From: Bispira polyomma
Lineage: Eukaryota
NCBI GenBank assembly: GCA_965649765.1
Contig: OZ287755.1
Span: 59,644,001 to 59,708,000 of the forward strand
Direction: 5' to 3'
DNA: 64,000 bases
Shown: positions 48,591 through 60,600 of the stretch, one piece after another
Numbering within the stretch: the first letter of the stretch is position 1
How the letters are laid out: the number at the start of each line of letters is the position of its first letter
Made by a program: the position numbers and the translations under genes
The notes under the pieces: generated by a model
Databases searched by the model: none
The model's input: the letters and a program-made list of their open reading frames with translations, nothing else
What the model was told of the DNA's origin: nothing

Positions 48591-50934
48591 ATATCCAAAT
48601 AAAAGTTTTTAAACACTTAAACAACTCAAAATCTAAAATATCCAGTAGTAGAAAACGTCCGCTTACACCTAAAGACTTCATGAAACTGATCACCGAAAAG
48701 CAAAGACCCCTATTTATACCCTGTGAGACCTATCGCTGACCAGATTCTTTATGCTCTTTAGTCGCTCTGTGAAAGGTTTCTGATTGGTCGCCGACCGGTG
48801 GGAGGGATTTTTCAAATAATCCGATAATTTGATTGGTCGGCGATAGGTGGTGGGTGGTGGCAAATCTACTGGGGGACTTGTTGCTGATTGGTTTCAGACT
48901 GAATAGAGATCAGTGAAGCCCTCGAGGATTTTCTTTTGATGCTAGACATGTCGGCAACAGGGGGTGAGATTGCTCGGGGATTGTTTGCACAACCAATTAT
49001 GGATTAGTCGCCGTCTTGCTGAGATCATCAAATATTGGCTTTTTGATTGTCAACTAATTTTCAGAATGGTTGGCGACATAATTAAGTTGGGTTACCGATT
49101 AACAATATCAAAGACCAGTTAAAGACATAGAAAAACCTGTAAAGACTTGTGGCATGGAAGTGGCACCTTCTAAAGAACCTATTGCAGACCAGTGGGAGAT
49201 TAAACAAAGACCTCCAGCAACCATCTGGATCGTAGAGAGGAATCACTTGTAAACGAAGTAACCTCTCCACAAGCGGAACCTCTTCAGGATCAACAAGGAT
49301 CTTGCTCAATCTCCAGCAACCTCCACGGATCAAACGCAAGAGAGTTTAAAGACAACAAAAGACCTCCAGCAACCTGTCTCATCTTTTACCACTTGTGAGG
49401 GCTGTGTGACTGGCCCTTAAGAAAACCACTTTCTCAAAGACTCCGGCAATGGTCAACATTGAGACTAGAGGTCGCTCACCAGACAGGTATCTTGTTTAAT
49501 GTGCAAGACATAGTTTCATGCAAGCTGCAAATAATATTAATGAAATAAAACCAGTGAACCAGCGTTCTCAAAAAAGAAGATCAGTCAGACAAAACATATA
49601 TGAAGCATAACCTTTGATGAGATCATCAATAGTATTTGGGACGAAATGCAATTGCATATCTTATCATTTTAATTGTATATTGCAGTCATGAACAACCCAT
49701 ACTGTGCATGAAAACACTTAGATGGTTGATTTATTCAGAATATCTAGCTCATAATCACAGTTTGATTTCTTCAAAAGGCAAAAGTGCAAAAGGCAATAGT
49801 GACATACAATATTATGCTAACCATTTCAACCCATATATTGTAGAAAAGCAGCCAACAGCATATGCTGCACTCAGAATTTTAGTGACACCCCCAAATGATT
49901 GTAGTTTTTTTCCTTCAGTTCCTCACACTAGGAAATTGATGGTTCAGCAGAAACCACGCTTAAAAATTACAGGTAATGTGAGGTGTGATTTGTGTTAGTG
50001 ACTCCAGGTATCTGCAACCTATTACCAGAAATATTCCCTCGGTTCCTGGTGATAGTTTTATGTTGGGGCCTCAAGGGTTAAACACTAAAAGCTGACAGTT
50101 TGGTACAGGCTGTTTACCATATCAAAATTTAATGAAGTGAAGCTGGCTGTTATCCATTGTGTGTATTAACATCTGCGGTTTTTGTGTTTGGTCTTTTCAT
50201 TCAACGATCAACGTCATTGATTAGCTGCTATCGCAAAACTGTTGATGCATCTGTTAACTTCTTTTCTTGGGCTTGCATATACTCAGTATGTAGTCATTTG
50301 ACAATCTTGTGCAAACAAAGACGTACATAAGCAAAACAATTGCTCTGTTGATTTATCAGCAATATGTTTAGCAATTTAATTATTTTCACATTAATTGTGG
50401 CTGCAGTGACTGGCACTTTGTCGGGTAATGTGATGAATATTATTTAAATTTCATTGCATTTACCAGGTATCTATAAGTTCATGTTCACGATTAGTTTGAT
50501 TTAAATGTGTGATAAAAAATAATTATACAATTTTATTCAATCATTTGAGTTTATTTGTGTTATTAAATTCCAAATTAATAATTGTGTTTCATATTCTCTC
50601 TACGACATAATGAATCAAAGTAATGAACCACACATAAACCTAAATACAAAGAAGATCAGTTATTTAAACCAAATATACTTGTCATGTGGTGTGTATATCT
50701 GTAATTTAAGGATTTACACAGGATGAACTCTATCACATGATGCAGGAACAGGCTGAGGTAATTGCTGGTTTGAGCAAGGCCATATCTCTGCTTCAAGATC
50801 AATACACTGCCTTAGGTATGAATTTATTACAGACAAATCCCTAGACAGACAAATTTGGTATTCCAAGGAATTTTTTTAAATGATTCTGAATCTTGCGGAA
50901 GCCTATAAGGGTAACATAAGTAAAGTTTAAAAAA

Positions 50935-51190
50935 ATCGTAAGTTGTAATTACGACTTATTCTATGTTGTAATTACGACTTACTATGTCGTAATTACAACA
51001 TACTATGTCGTAATTATGGCTTATGCTATGTCATAACGACGACTTTCTATGTCATAATTACGACTTGCGCTATGTAGTAATTACGACTTACTTTGTTGTA
51101 ATTACGACTTACACTGTGTCGTAATTACAACTTATGGTATATCATTATTACGACTTACTATGTTATATAAATGACAAGACTACTATGTTT
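50935..51190. repeat. 21-23-bp subterminal tandem array with a palindromic core (AGTCGTAATTACGACT)
   Basis: About 11 units next to the left TIR. Confidence 0.9.
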
Positions 51191-51368
51191 TGGTCACTGG
51201 ATTAAAGTTTAAAGACAGTGGATAGTTAATTTTGCGAACACAGTTAATTGTTCTTTACCTATTATTTAACATCAATTGATTTTGTAAGAATTTGTAACCT
51301 TGTTCTAAGTTATGGCACAGCTACACATACACACACTAGGGGTGTACACCTGGGCATACATGGGGTCT

Positions 51369-51575
51369 CAGTGATGTAGGGGTAACACCCTTGCATCCCA
51401 CCTATAGGGTCGCAGGATCAAAACTAAGCTGTGACTTTTTGTGGGAAAGTTGGTAGTATACTTGCGAAAGTCATACAGTTTTACAGAGCTTGACCAACAG
51501 ACCGGCTGGTTTCCTCCACCACTAAGCCACCTGTCGTGATATGACTTATACAATGTATTATACACAACGTAAAAA
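51369..51575 (+). mobile_element. tRNA-derived SINE (Meta-SINE-like), nested in the TIR element
   Basis: A/B-box-like head, then TGTGGGAAAGTTGGTAGT...TTGACCAAC...GGTTTCCTCCACC...GTCGTGATATGAC...ACGTAAAA. Confidence 0.7.
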
Positions 51576-53402
51576 GGCACAAATGAAATCAACTTTGGCA
51601 TACTGTTTAGTTTTCATGTTATATACAATAAATAAATGATTTTTGGGGTGGATCAGTCGATGTACATATTTGCGTTAGTAAACCAAAACTGAGTTTAAAA
51701 ACATTATTAAGGCTTTAGTAATGTAAACACAAAACACGATCGCCGATAACCATGTTATGTGTGTTCGTGCTTCTCAGAAACTGCACAATTTTTTCTTTGT
51801 GGCCTTAAACTCGATTTATGGATAACATATTTACATTTTCATGAGTAGAAATGATAAAGAGTGACATATATTTTAATTATATACTAATTCATATTTTTTA
51901 CGTATCATTTTAATAGGGATCTTGGGACATACAATACATATAGCCATGTGTAAAATTCTAACTAAAATAAGTAATAATGTTAAAGTACATGCTTCACAAA
52001 TGTGACACAATTCATATACCAAGAAGGGATCAATACTGAAGTATTGTACATGACTAGAAAAAGGAAACATCTGCAATATTTTGAATGAATTATTTTTTTT
52101 ATAAAAATACAAAAACAGGGATAATTTTACAAAAACTTTAAAGTTTCACTCTTCTTAATAGAAAGTTACTTTGTATTCTTCGTTTTTATAACATAAGGAG
52201 ACATATTTAAAAATGTAACTTATTCAAAACAATATACACGTTTTTAAAATTGTGTAGCCTGTATAATATGTTTATATATGCTGGATCAATACTCATATTG
52301 TGTCACAATAGAAGGTGCTGTCTGCGAGAATTGTTTACAAATATGACCTTCCACCATAGATTTCAAATTGTGTGACGTCACACTATAAGGATCGTTACAT
52401 GGCTGTTTTTATCACTTTGCAAAGAAATATTATAGTTTAAATGGTATTTGCACATAAAAATGGTTAAAATGATCACTAAAGACATATTTTAAGGCTGGCA
52501 TAGTGGAAACTTATGGTTAAAACATTTTCGTAGCTGAGGTATGATTTACAGGCTACGCATTTGTGTGTTTACGTCACTAAAGCCTTATAGAAGTTTTACA
52601 ATCCAAACAAAGAACATTGTGGGGACTGAAACTGTATCACCTGCCAATAAAAACCTGTTAATTAAATGTTTCAATAAAACAACTATGGACAATAAATAAA
52701 TTTGCAGGAATTGCTGCGAATTAAAAAAAGTAAATGACATTCTTTGCAACTGAATGGCTATAAAACATGTTATTTGTAAAAAAATAATATTACACAGGAT
52801 AATCTTCGCCAAAATAGTAAATAGTATTCTTATGTGTAGGAGTCTACTTATCTGGTGTGACAGGGTTTACATCCACCCCCCCCCACCCCCCCCCTCCCAC
52901 CCCCCCCCTCCCCCCCCCCCAAAAAAAAATACCACTTAAAAATTCCTGGTTACCCCTATGTTCACACAAACGTACATACGTACATACATACAATTCACAG
53001 CTGTTCATAATTTACAGTAAATATATTAGTAAAGTTGTAATTACCACATAATAAGTCGTAATTACGACTTATGATTTTTTTTTTTTTACTTTACTTGTGT
53101 GACCCTTATAGGCTTCCGTAGAATCTTGCAGGTAACTTCTAGTTATCTCAATAACTTTTTAAAAATATTTTGTACGAACTTTTTTAATAGATTATTTGTA
53201 CTACAGGTTTATTGACGGCTGAGTGAACGTTTAACTGGTTAGTACTATTATTTAAAATTGGTAGATATACATACTGCTGTTTATATGTTACTTTCCTAGT
53301 CAAGGTTTTACTAGTCACTATCACTGTAATTAATCTGTCTATATACATACTGATGTTTACAGTTGGCATAAGCTAAAAGGACATTGCTATTCACAATCGG
53401 TC

Positions 53403-53406
<4 letters not shown>

Positions 53407-53437
<31 letters not shown>
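53407..53437. repeat. (TA)n microsatellite
   Basis: Read directly. Confidence 0.95.
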
Positions 53438-53439
<2 letters not shown>

Positions 53440-54414
53440 GTTTAAATTGGTAATAGGTATTAAAATACACGGTTGGATGGTCAATATATATGCTGCTGTT
53501 TAAATTGGTATTAATATACAAAGGAAATTACTGGAAAGAAGTTATTGTGGTTCTATTCCTTTTCGTCGGCGAGTGTGCATGTTGCATTCTATACATCTGG
53601 TTGTTTATTGTCGGCCTAGAGGACTTTTACGAGTTTAAATTTTAATTTGTTCAAACTTTTAGGTCAAATGAAATTTAAATGGATCATTTTACCACATACA
53701 CTTATTATAGCGTCAACTGGTTGTACTTACAAATTTTATCAGGTCAAAGCAATTTGATACATTGTTTCTGTGTTACTTGTACCAACACAATACACCTATT
53801 TTTGGCTTGTGTTCATCACCCTCATGGATAAACCAAAGCCATTACCAAGTCATGATTATTTTTTTTAAATATCCATTAAAAATAGACTCCAGTGACCACC
53901 CCAGTGCAAACAAGCTGAATACAGCCTTCCTTGCTTTTCAAAGCCACTACTACAGGGCAACTCACACTTATCGAAACGTCAACCCCCGTATCTCCATGCT
54001 TCTAAAACTCTCTGTCTGCGTCAACCCTGAGTCTAATACATCTAATCTTTATTCCCCAGAAATAAGGGAACTCCTTTTCCGATGGTATCACCTTTACTAA
54101 AACATGGCTTAGATTTTCTGACAGTTTCATTAGTGAAATAACCCCCCTGGCTTCAATTTCAACCACCTTCCATGCAATGTAACGGAGTCTGTTAGAGTGG
54201 ACAAGGTATTGGTTACAAAATAACCTCAATCAGAAAATTCAACCCATTTAAACATGTCCTTTGACTTTCATGTCTTCTATAGACCCCATAGTGCTTCAAA
54301 GAGTTAATTGATAGAGGGCTTTAGTGTATTCATGATTGTTGCTGCTCTATCTACTCATGAAAATGTTATTTTTTGAGATTTTTCCCAAAGAGTCCAAAAT
54401 GCCACAAAATTTAG

Positions 54415-54555
54415 GCACTATCTCACCCTACCTAAGGAAACTTCAGTGGCTACCTGTCAAACAGCGCATTATTTTTAAATACAACCTTCTTGTGTTTAAA
54501 GCGATCAAACTCAACCAACCTCATTATCTCTTCTCACTTATCAAATCTTAGCAGA
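54415..54555 (+). mobile_element. L2 (family B) fragment
   Basis: ISPYLRKLQWLPVKQRIIFKYNLLVFKAI, matching 17470-17600. Confidence 0.8.
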
Positions 54556-54859
54556 TCTCAATACAATGGAATACATGTAGCATATCACCATAAGAAGTTA
54601 CTAAAGCATAACTAGGCAATATATTGTTGGGTTAATTTAGAACATCTGACCACAGAAACCATGCTGCTGCAGTACTAACCACCAGGTTATTTCAATACAT
54701 CAAATCATCAAACAGACCTAGTGTACATCAAACTTGTAACACACACATTAGAATATATATTTCCCTTTGTCACTTGTAGTGACACCTACATCACATAGGT
54801 TACAAAAGTAGGTACACTAAGCAATATGTTACAGCAAGACTTTAGACATCCTGGATTAG

Positions 54860-55084
54860 GTGCGCTTCACAATCACTGGTCTCTCACCTCTGGGTGGCGT
54901 GAGTTCAACTCCCGTCGATACCTGTGTGGGAAAGGTGGTAGCTCCTTAGTGTGGGCCGCTGGTTTCAGTGCAGAACCTTGATCAACTGTATGCAGTGTTT
55001 CCTCCAGCGATTCCAACTACCCGTCCCAATATAACCTAAACAGGTACTAGAGTGGACGTTAAATATCCCAATTCAAATTCAAAT
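54860..55084 (+). mobile_element. tRNA-derived SINE (Meta-SINE-like)
   Basis: B-box GAGTTCAACTCCC, central TGTGTGGGAAAGGTGGTAG...TTTCCTCC, and an (AATTCA)n-like tail. Confidence 0.75.
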
Positions 55085-56019
55085 ACTTCCTGGATTAGGA
55101 GTTTTATACCAGACCATTGTTTAACAAAAACAACTCTTACCTTAAATTGATAGATGCCTAATTATATTCCTCTTCTCTATAAATGGTTTCTATATTATAT
55201 TCTATCTATTACAGATTTTTGAAAAAACAGCATTTCCACACAAAGAGAAGATTGAGGTTGTGAGCACTGACATATATATTTTGGGGGTATACAATATAAT
55301 ATATTAAAGAAGTGATTAGTTTAGTTTGAGTTTATTATTAATAAATAGCTTTGAACACAGTCAACCATTAGGTAGGGAATAGTTTTTTGGGCTTTTTTTA
55401 TGCTTCAAATGCCGATGTAACATACACAGGTTTGCCTTTTTATTGAAGTTAAAAATACTAGATATATTACAATTGTTTTTAAACGACCTTTCAACAGAGA
55501 TCACAAAATATGTAGTCAAATTTTAGTTACATTTTTGTACACAAAGGTACAACAGAAGTTGTTTTTTTTTTAATTTTAGTTCATTTACTATAACACTTAT
55601 ACAAAATGTATGTACAAAAGATTCCCAAAATAGTTTAGGGTTACAGTAATGCGTCACATGAGCAAAACTAACATATTCTACTCAGAACTAATAAGATAGA
55701 ACAGTATGAAATGCAAGAGCCACATAATTAGCAGGCCATGTATATTACATAGATTAATACATAATACAAGAGCACATTATTAAATTACATCACTACATTA
55801 GTTCACACGTTAATCTGATGACAAGCCAACTCCATAATTCAGATCAATGTATAATACCGGCACAGATTATCGATTTACAAGCTAACTACATAGCTTGGAT
55901 TACTATGAAAAAAAGAGTACATTATCATATAACTGGCTTAGGAAACAACTCAGATCAATATGTAATGCACATTTTCATAACTCGGATCAATCAACCCAAA
56001 TGAAAATATTTATCAAATT

Positions 56020-57310
56020 TAGTAGCCTTATCCAGGCTGACCGCCACTCAACCTTCTCAACCCGACCAAACAGAAAAAGTAGTAGGCTCTGTTTTGCCGT
56101 TGCTATTCCTGTTGAATGAAACAAACTCCCACGCTCTGTCAGATCACAGAATAAAATCTCATAAATTTTCTCACTGTATAAATGTTTCAATTATTATTAT
56201 TATTATTATTATTATACATTTATTATTATTGAAAACTGTGATAACCTAAAGGATTTGTTGAACTTAATCAAAAATACTCCACAAATATTTTACATTTATA
56301 CTATCTAACATATTCTTGGTATTTTTTTCTGAGAGAAAATTACCAAACTTAGTTCCAGCTTATATCACCTTTCAGATTATGTCCGAGGAAGAAGTCATCA
56401 GAATTTTTCAATCCTCCCTAATAACTCCTGTCATTTGGATCTACTTCCAACATCTTTGGTAAACCCAGCATTGACAGAAATATTCTTAAGAATTATAGAC
56501 CTGTATCCAATTTAAGCTACATTTAAACGCCTTCATGGCCCACGAAGGCACTGTAAAATGTTAGTTGATTGGCATACAGCTGATGTCAATTGGCATACAG
56601 CTGCTGTCATTCAACCTGTTTGGCTATTCAAAATAATATATCTGCTTCTGTTGATAGTGGTAGCACTCACATTGTTAAACCTGTCTGCTGCATTTTACAG
56701 TTTCGACCATACTAGTCTCTTTAATCCAGTTCCATTACATTGCAGAAAGCAAAACAAAAAGTTGATGATCAATTCTAAGGAGTTTTCTCACTACCACATG
56801 ATGTCCCACAAGGTTCTGTATTGGGCCCACTCCTCTGCACAATGTACACCACTCCCTCAGTGGTATAATCTTTCAGTTTAACATCACTCATCACATGTAT
56901 ACTGACAAAACAGAAAGATACTTAACACTAGATGCAACAAATGTTGACTTAAGCATATCAGAATTGGCATAGTGCCTTGAGGCTATGCAAAAATGGACGG
57001 GAAGCTTCAAATTTAAACTCAATCCAGACAAAACTCAATTTATTACTATTGGTGACAATGCAACTCGAGGCAGTCTCCTTGACTACAATATGTCACCATC
57101 AGTAAAATAAACGGTCCTGGTGTTATCTTCCACAAAGACAACTTATACAGTGATCATGTAGCCAGTGTTGGCCAAGCCTGTTATGACCATCTACGCAATC
57201 TGTGTCCGATATGCTTTTTGTCCAAGACCTTTTGCTTGCCCCTGGACCTTCCCTTCTGGATATCAGTGGCTTAGAGGATGTTCTTATCAATTTGGTGATC
57301 TATAAATACA
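56020..57310 (+). mobile_element. Two decayed L2 (family B) fragments in tandem
   Basis: 3' end with (TTA)n tail at 56020-56230; RT remnants [22 protein letters not shown] and KLNPDKT at 56370-57220; family-B 3' UTR at 57225-57310. Confidence 0.8.
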
Positions 57311-59262
57311 TCAATTACGTTAAAGAGTTACTCAAAGTAAAATTCATGTCCTCTGGAAATTTACACAGACAGTGTAGATTCAATAAACTGAAGCTGCCAA
57401 AATGTACCACTAAATCAGGCTTAATGTATTGTTGTCTCCCACTGATTGCTGTGGGCAATTATTTGATTACACTAAAACTTTAAATATAATGAATTTCACT
57501 AGTTGTGTTTTTTGTAAGATGTGTCAAACATCTGAAGATAATTATATGTGAGACACCTAAATTATGTAAATACTGTTGAAGAATGTATATATTAGTCATA
57601 AGTGTTACCAATGGGTATATTGCGTGCATATTTGAAATATATTTTAATTGTATAGACAACCAGTGTTAATATTGTCAGCTTAGAAAACGGGCCATTTCAA
57701 TCCATCACAGCTATTTACTTTGTATTTATATAATCAGAGCACTGGGCAGCTATAAATATATATTGGTGTGCTTGACGTTGTGGCTCTGCTCTCGCAGCCC
57801 AGTTGTGATTAGCTATTAAATATGTTTCAGGAGATTGGTTTAAAATATCTCTTGGGTGAATGGTGGATTTTAGTAAAATATAAAGTCCCATGCAGCACTG
57901 GTTTACACTATAGATAGTCTTAGTTATCCTAATAAAGATGTTGAAATTTAACTCAATTAAGTAAAACTCTTGTAGATAAGCTAATGTACAAACAATGTAC
58001 CTATAACCTTCTGTAAAAATATTTTCGAAATTATTTCTAAAATCCACAGTTTTTGTAGTATTTTGCAAACACTGTCATTTCAGCTCATAAAAAAGTCAAT
58101 GAAAGAATAGCATTTACAGCTACACCTTCAGAAGACAGAACTTACACTGTTGGAGAAAAGATACAGTTCTTAAATGTATTAACAAATATGGGAGAGGCCT
58201 ACAACCCTGAAACAGGTACTGAATCCCAGTATTTTCTGCAATGGAAAACTGCTTATTCAAAATACCTTTCATAGTTATTTTTACTAAACCGAGGCCATTA
58301 ATACTAACAATGAACTATTCTGAGTACAATTTTTAACATATTGCTACCTTATTGCTGCAAAAAACATAACCTCTTACAGCACAGATATGCTTGCATAATG
58401 CACAGAAGCTTATAAAAATAAATGTTTAGTTAATATGTTTCTTTTATATATATATTTTTCCTGATGTTTAAACTGCATACAAGGGGGTCGTATTCAAACT
58501 CTTAACAAACTCGGTAATTTTGGGAATTGCAAGACATGCAATACCTCCTTCACTTAAACTAATTCACCAGCCATTTCTTCAACCCAAGTGTTATTTCCGA
58601 ATAGATTTAAATCTTTGGCAGGTTTATCTTTCAGCAATTCTATTTTGATGGGCATAATAAGGGATACATTTTAATTTGGTTTTATTCATAGCTATATATC
58701 TCCTTCTTTATATATTTCATCTATACTACAATATATAAATAGTAATTGAACTAACATACCACTTACTACTTACAGGTATATTTAAATGTCCTGTCCAAGG
58801 TATGTACTTGTTTAGTAGTACAGTCTTTACTGACCTTGAAAATGCAATGAGGTTTGCAATAAAATAGAGCCAGGGAGAATTTCTGAGGGGTGAGAATATA
58901 TTCTTTGTTTTATTTTGAGCCATTGTCATTGTACGGAATCTTGTTCAAAAATAGATACAAACATTGATAAAAATGTTAACATCAACTGTTTAAAACAATT
59001 AATAATTTGGAATAATATATATGTCACATTTTTGAAAGTGGGGCAGTGTACTGTCTCCTCTCAAACACGTGTTAACAAAAATAATGTTTCTAAATCAATT
59101 CGAATTTGGGTAACCTCGCAAAACAAAGTTAATTATATAGCTGTTTTATTAATTTTACTGATGATGACATATATTCTATTATATTATATAGTTGTCACTG
59201 TGGAAAACATTGTTAAAAAAAATCTAACACATATAGAACTGTCACAAATGGCTAAAGTTCTG

Positions 59263-59475
59263 GGGCCATATTCACAAAAGTTCTTAGTCTTAAGAATTGG
59301 GTCTTTGATTTTGGTGGATTTTCGTTTTAGTCCCTGGGGTATTAAAAAGAAATTTGGTTTGTTTTAATCGTCTAACATCAACATTAAGTCTAACAGTATG
59401 TAGTCTTAAATATTGTTAACCTAGATGCTAAGCTTACAACTAACTTAACATCATGACATTTTGTGAATAGGGTCT
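59263..59475. mobile_element. MITE with CTG TSD, related to 20144-20250
   Basis: CTG|GGGCCATATTCACAAAA...TTTTGTGAATAGGGTCT|CTG. Confidence 0.7.
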
Positions 59476-60199
59476 CTGATTTCTAAGGCACTTTTGTGTT
59501 TTGCCTAATAATTAATCATGTGTTATTTTAATAAAGGTGACAGCCCCGAAGGGTTTCATCAAAGCACTGCCGGGATAGCAGTGGTGGAGTGTGCCTTGGA
59601 TGAAGAAGTCTGGGTTGAAGCATTACTTAGTGGTGACCGCTTGGTTGGGAGTGTATATACCAGCTTCACAGGAATTATGTTATAATTCTAGCAACCTCGT
59701 AATTAGCTTAAGCTTTCTTCACATGATTCAGTTTGAAACCTTGATTATTCTTTAGTTTGTAATATGCTACAGAAGCAGTCTAAAGATGTTCTACCAATAA
59801 ACAATTTATCTGCAATAATAAGTTTGTTTACCATCAAGAAATGTATTAAAATGTGTCACATACCATTTTACTGATCCTAATTCATTTATTGATTTATTCA
59901 TTCCACAGTACATGCAAACTAATTAAAATACAACTAAATTACATAGAAAATGTAATACATACAGGTTATAATACAGATAAATATAAAACATTTATTCTGT
60001 ATGTACAGTCAAACCAGTACTAGTGACCAATGCTACTTAAAGACCACTTTGACTTCTGCTGTAAATTTTACTATGCAAGTAGGCTCTATAGAAAGAGCAT
60101 TAGGAGAAACAATAGAGTCCTTCTAGAATGGTTGACCTCATCAAATCAAATTTGTAAATCTGGCTATTTTCAGATATATTTTATCTATACAAAAAGTCC

Positions 60200-60600
60200 C
60201 ATCTTTACAGAGAAAGCTATGCAGGCTTTAGCACAAGCACTTAAAATATCTAAACTAGACTATGGAAATGCACTATACTATTGACTACCACTTGGTTTGC
60301 CATGTCAGGACCAATTCACATGATCATGTGAAACATGTCCTCAAGTCTGTACAATGGCTTTTAATTTAAAAATGTATAAAATATAATATATGTTTACTAT
60401 ATTTCAAGGCCATGCATGCAGGTCATCTTATTCCTACAATGCCCTAGTCGTTCCTGGTGCTCAGATTGACATAAACTTTCCAAGAACTAATGTGCCCAGA
60501 AGCATTACGATTGTGGAACAGTCTTCTAATCAAGTTGAGATGCGGCGACACAGTTTTGTACTTAAAAAATAATCAAAAACCTACTTATTTAAAATAGTAA
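60200..60600 (+). mobile_element. Old L2-like fragment
   Basis: QALAQALKISKLDYGNALYY, H..HVLKSVQWL, LWNSL remnants. Confidence 0.6.

Larger units (their letters stand above)
44400..49417 (+). mobile_element. PIF/Harbinger DNA transposon with convergent transposase and MADF genes; left TIR not found
   Basis: DDE transposase (+) and MADF protein (-) lie tail to tail; right terminus ...GTGTGACTGGCCCT|TAA at 49404-49420. Confidence 0.88.
50894..53120. mobile_element. Non-autonomous TIR element with 6-bp TSD GAATCT and TACGG termini (IS3EU-like)
   Basis: TIRs of ~65-70 bp T(A/G)CGGAAGCCTATAAGGGT.ACA.AAGTAAAGT...TAAGT.GTAATTACGACTTAT; GAATCT at 50888-50893 and 53121-53126. Confidence 0.88.
50364..59685 (+). 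pseudogene. C1q-domain-containing gene 2 (signal peptide + coiled-coil + globular C1q) with an in-frame TAG in exon 4
   Basis: Exons: 50364-50424 (MFSNLIIFTLIVAAVTGTLS); 50711-50815 (FTQDELYHMMQEQAEVIAGLSKAISLLQDQYTAL); 58084-58215 (HKKVNERIAFTATP...NVLTNMGEAYNPET); 58776-58889 (IFKCPVQGMYLFSSTVF...FAIK*SQGEFLR); 59537-59685 (DSPEGFHQSTAGIAVVECALDEEVWVE...TSFTGIML*). All introns are GT-AG, phase 1; AATAAA at ~59797. Confidence 0.88.

Noticed and set aside
48260-48739. Plus-strand hydrophobic ORFs (48260, 48315, 48503)
   Set aside because: Antisense shadows of the low-complexity N-terminus of the Harbinger MADF gene.
50935-51190. CRISPR-like array of palindromic repeats
   Set aside because: Units are contiguous with only 5-9 nt of similar linker, with no unique spacers or cas genes, and they are part of a TIR element in eukaryotic DNA.
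52591-52660. Possible extra C1q coiled-coil exon (ttatag|EVLQSKQRTL...)
   Set aside because: It lies inside the TSD-bounded TIR element, has no convincing in-phase donor before a stop, and the gene is in frame without it.
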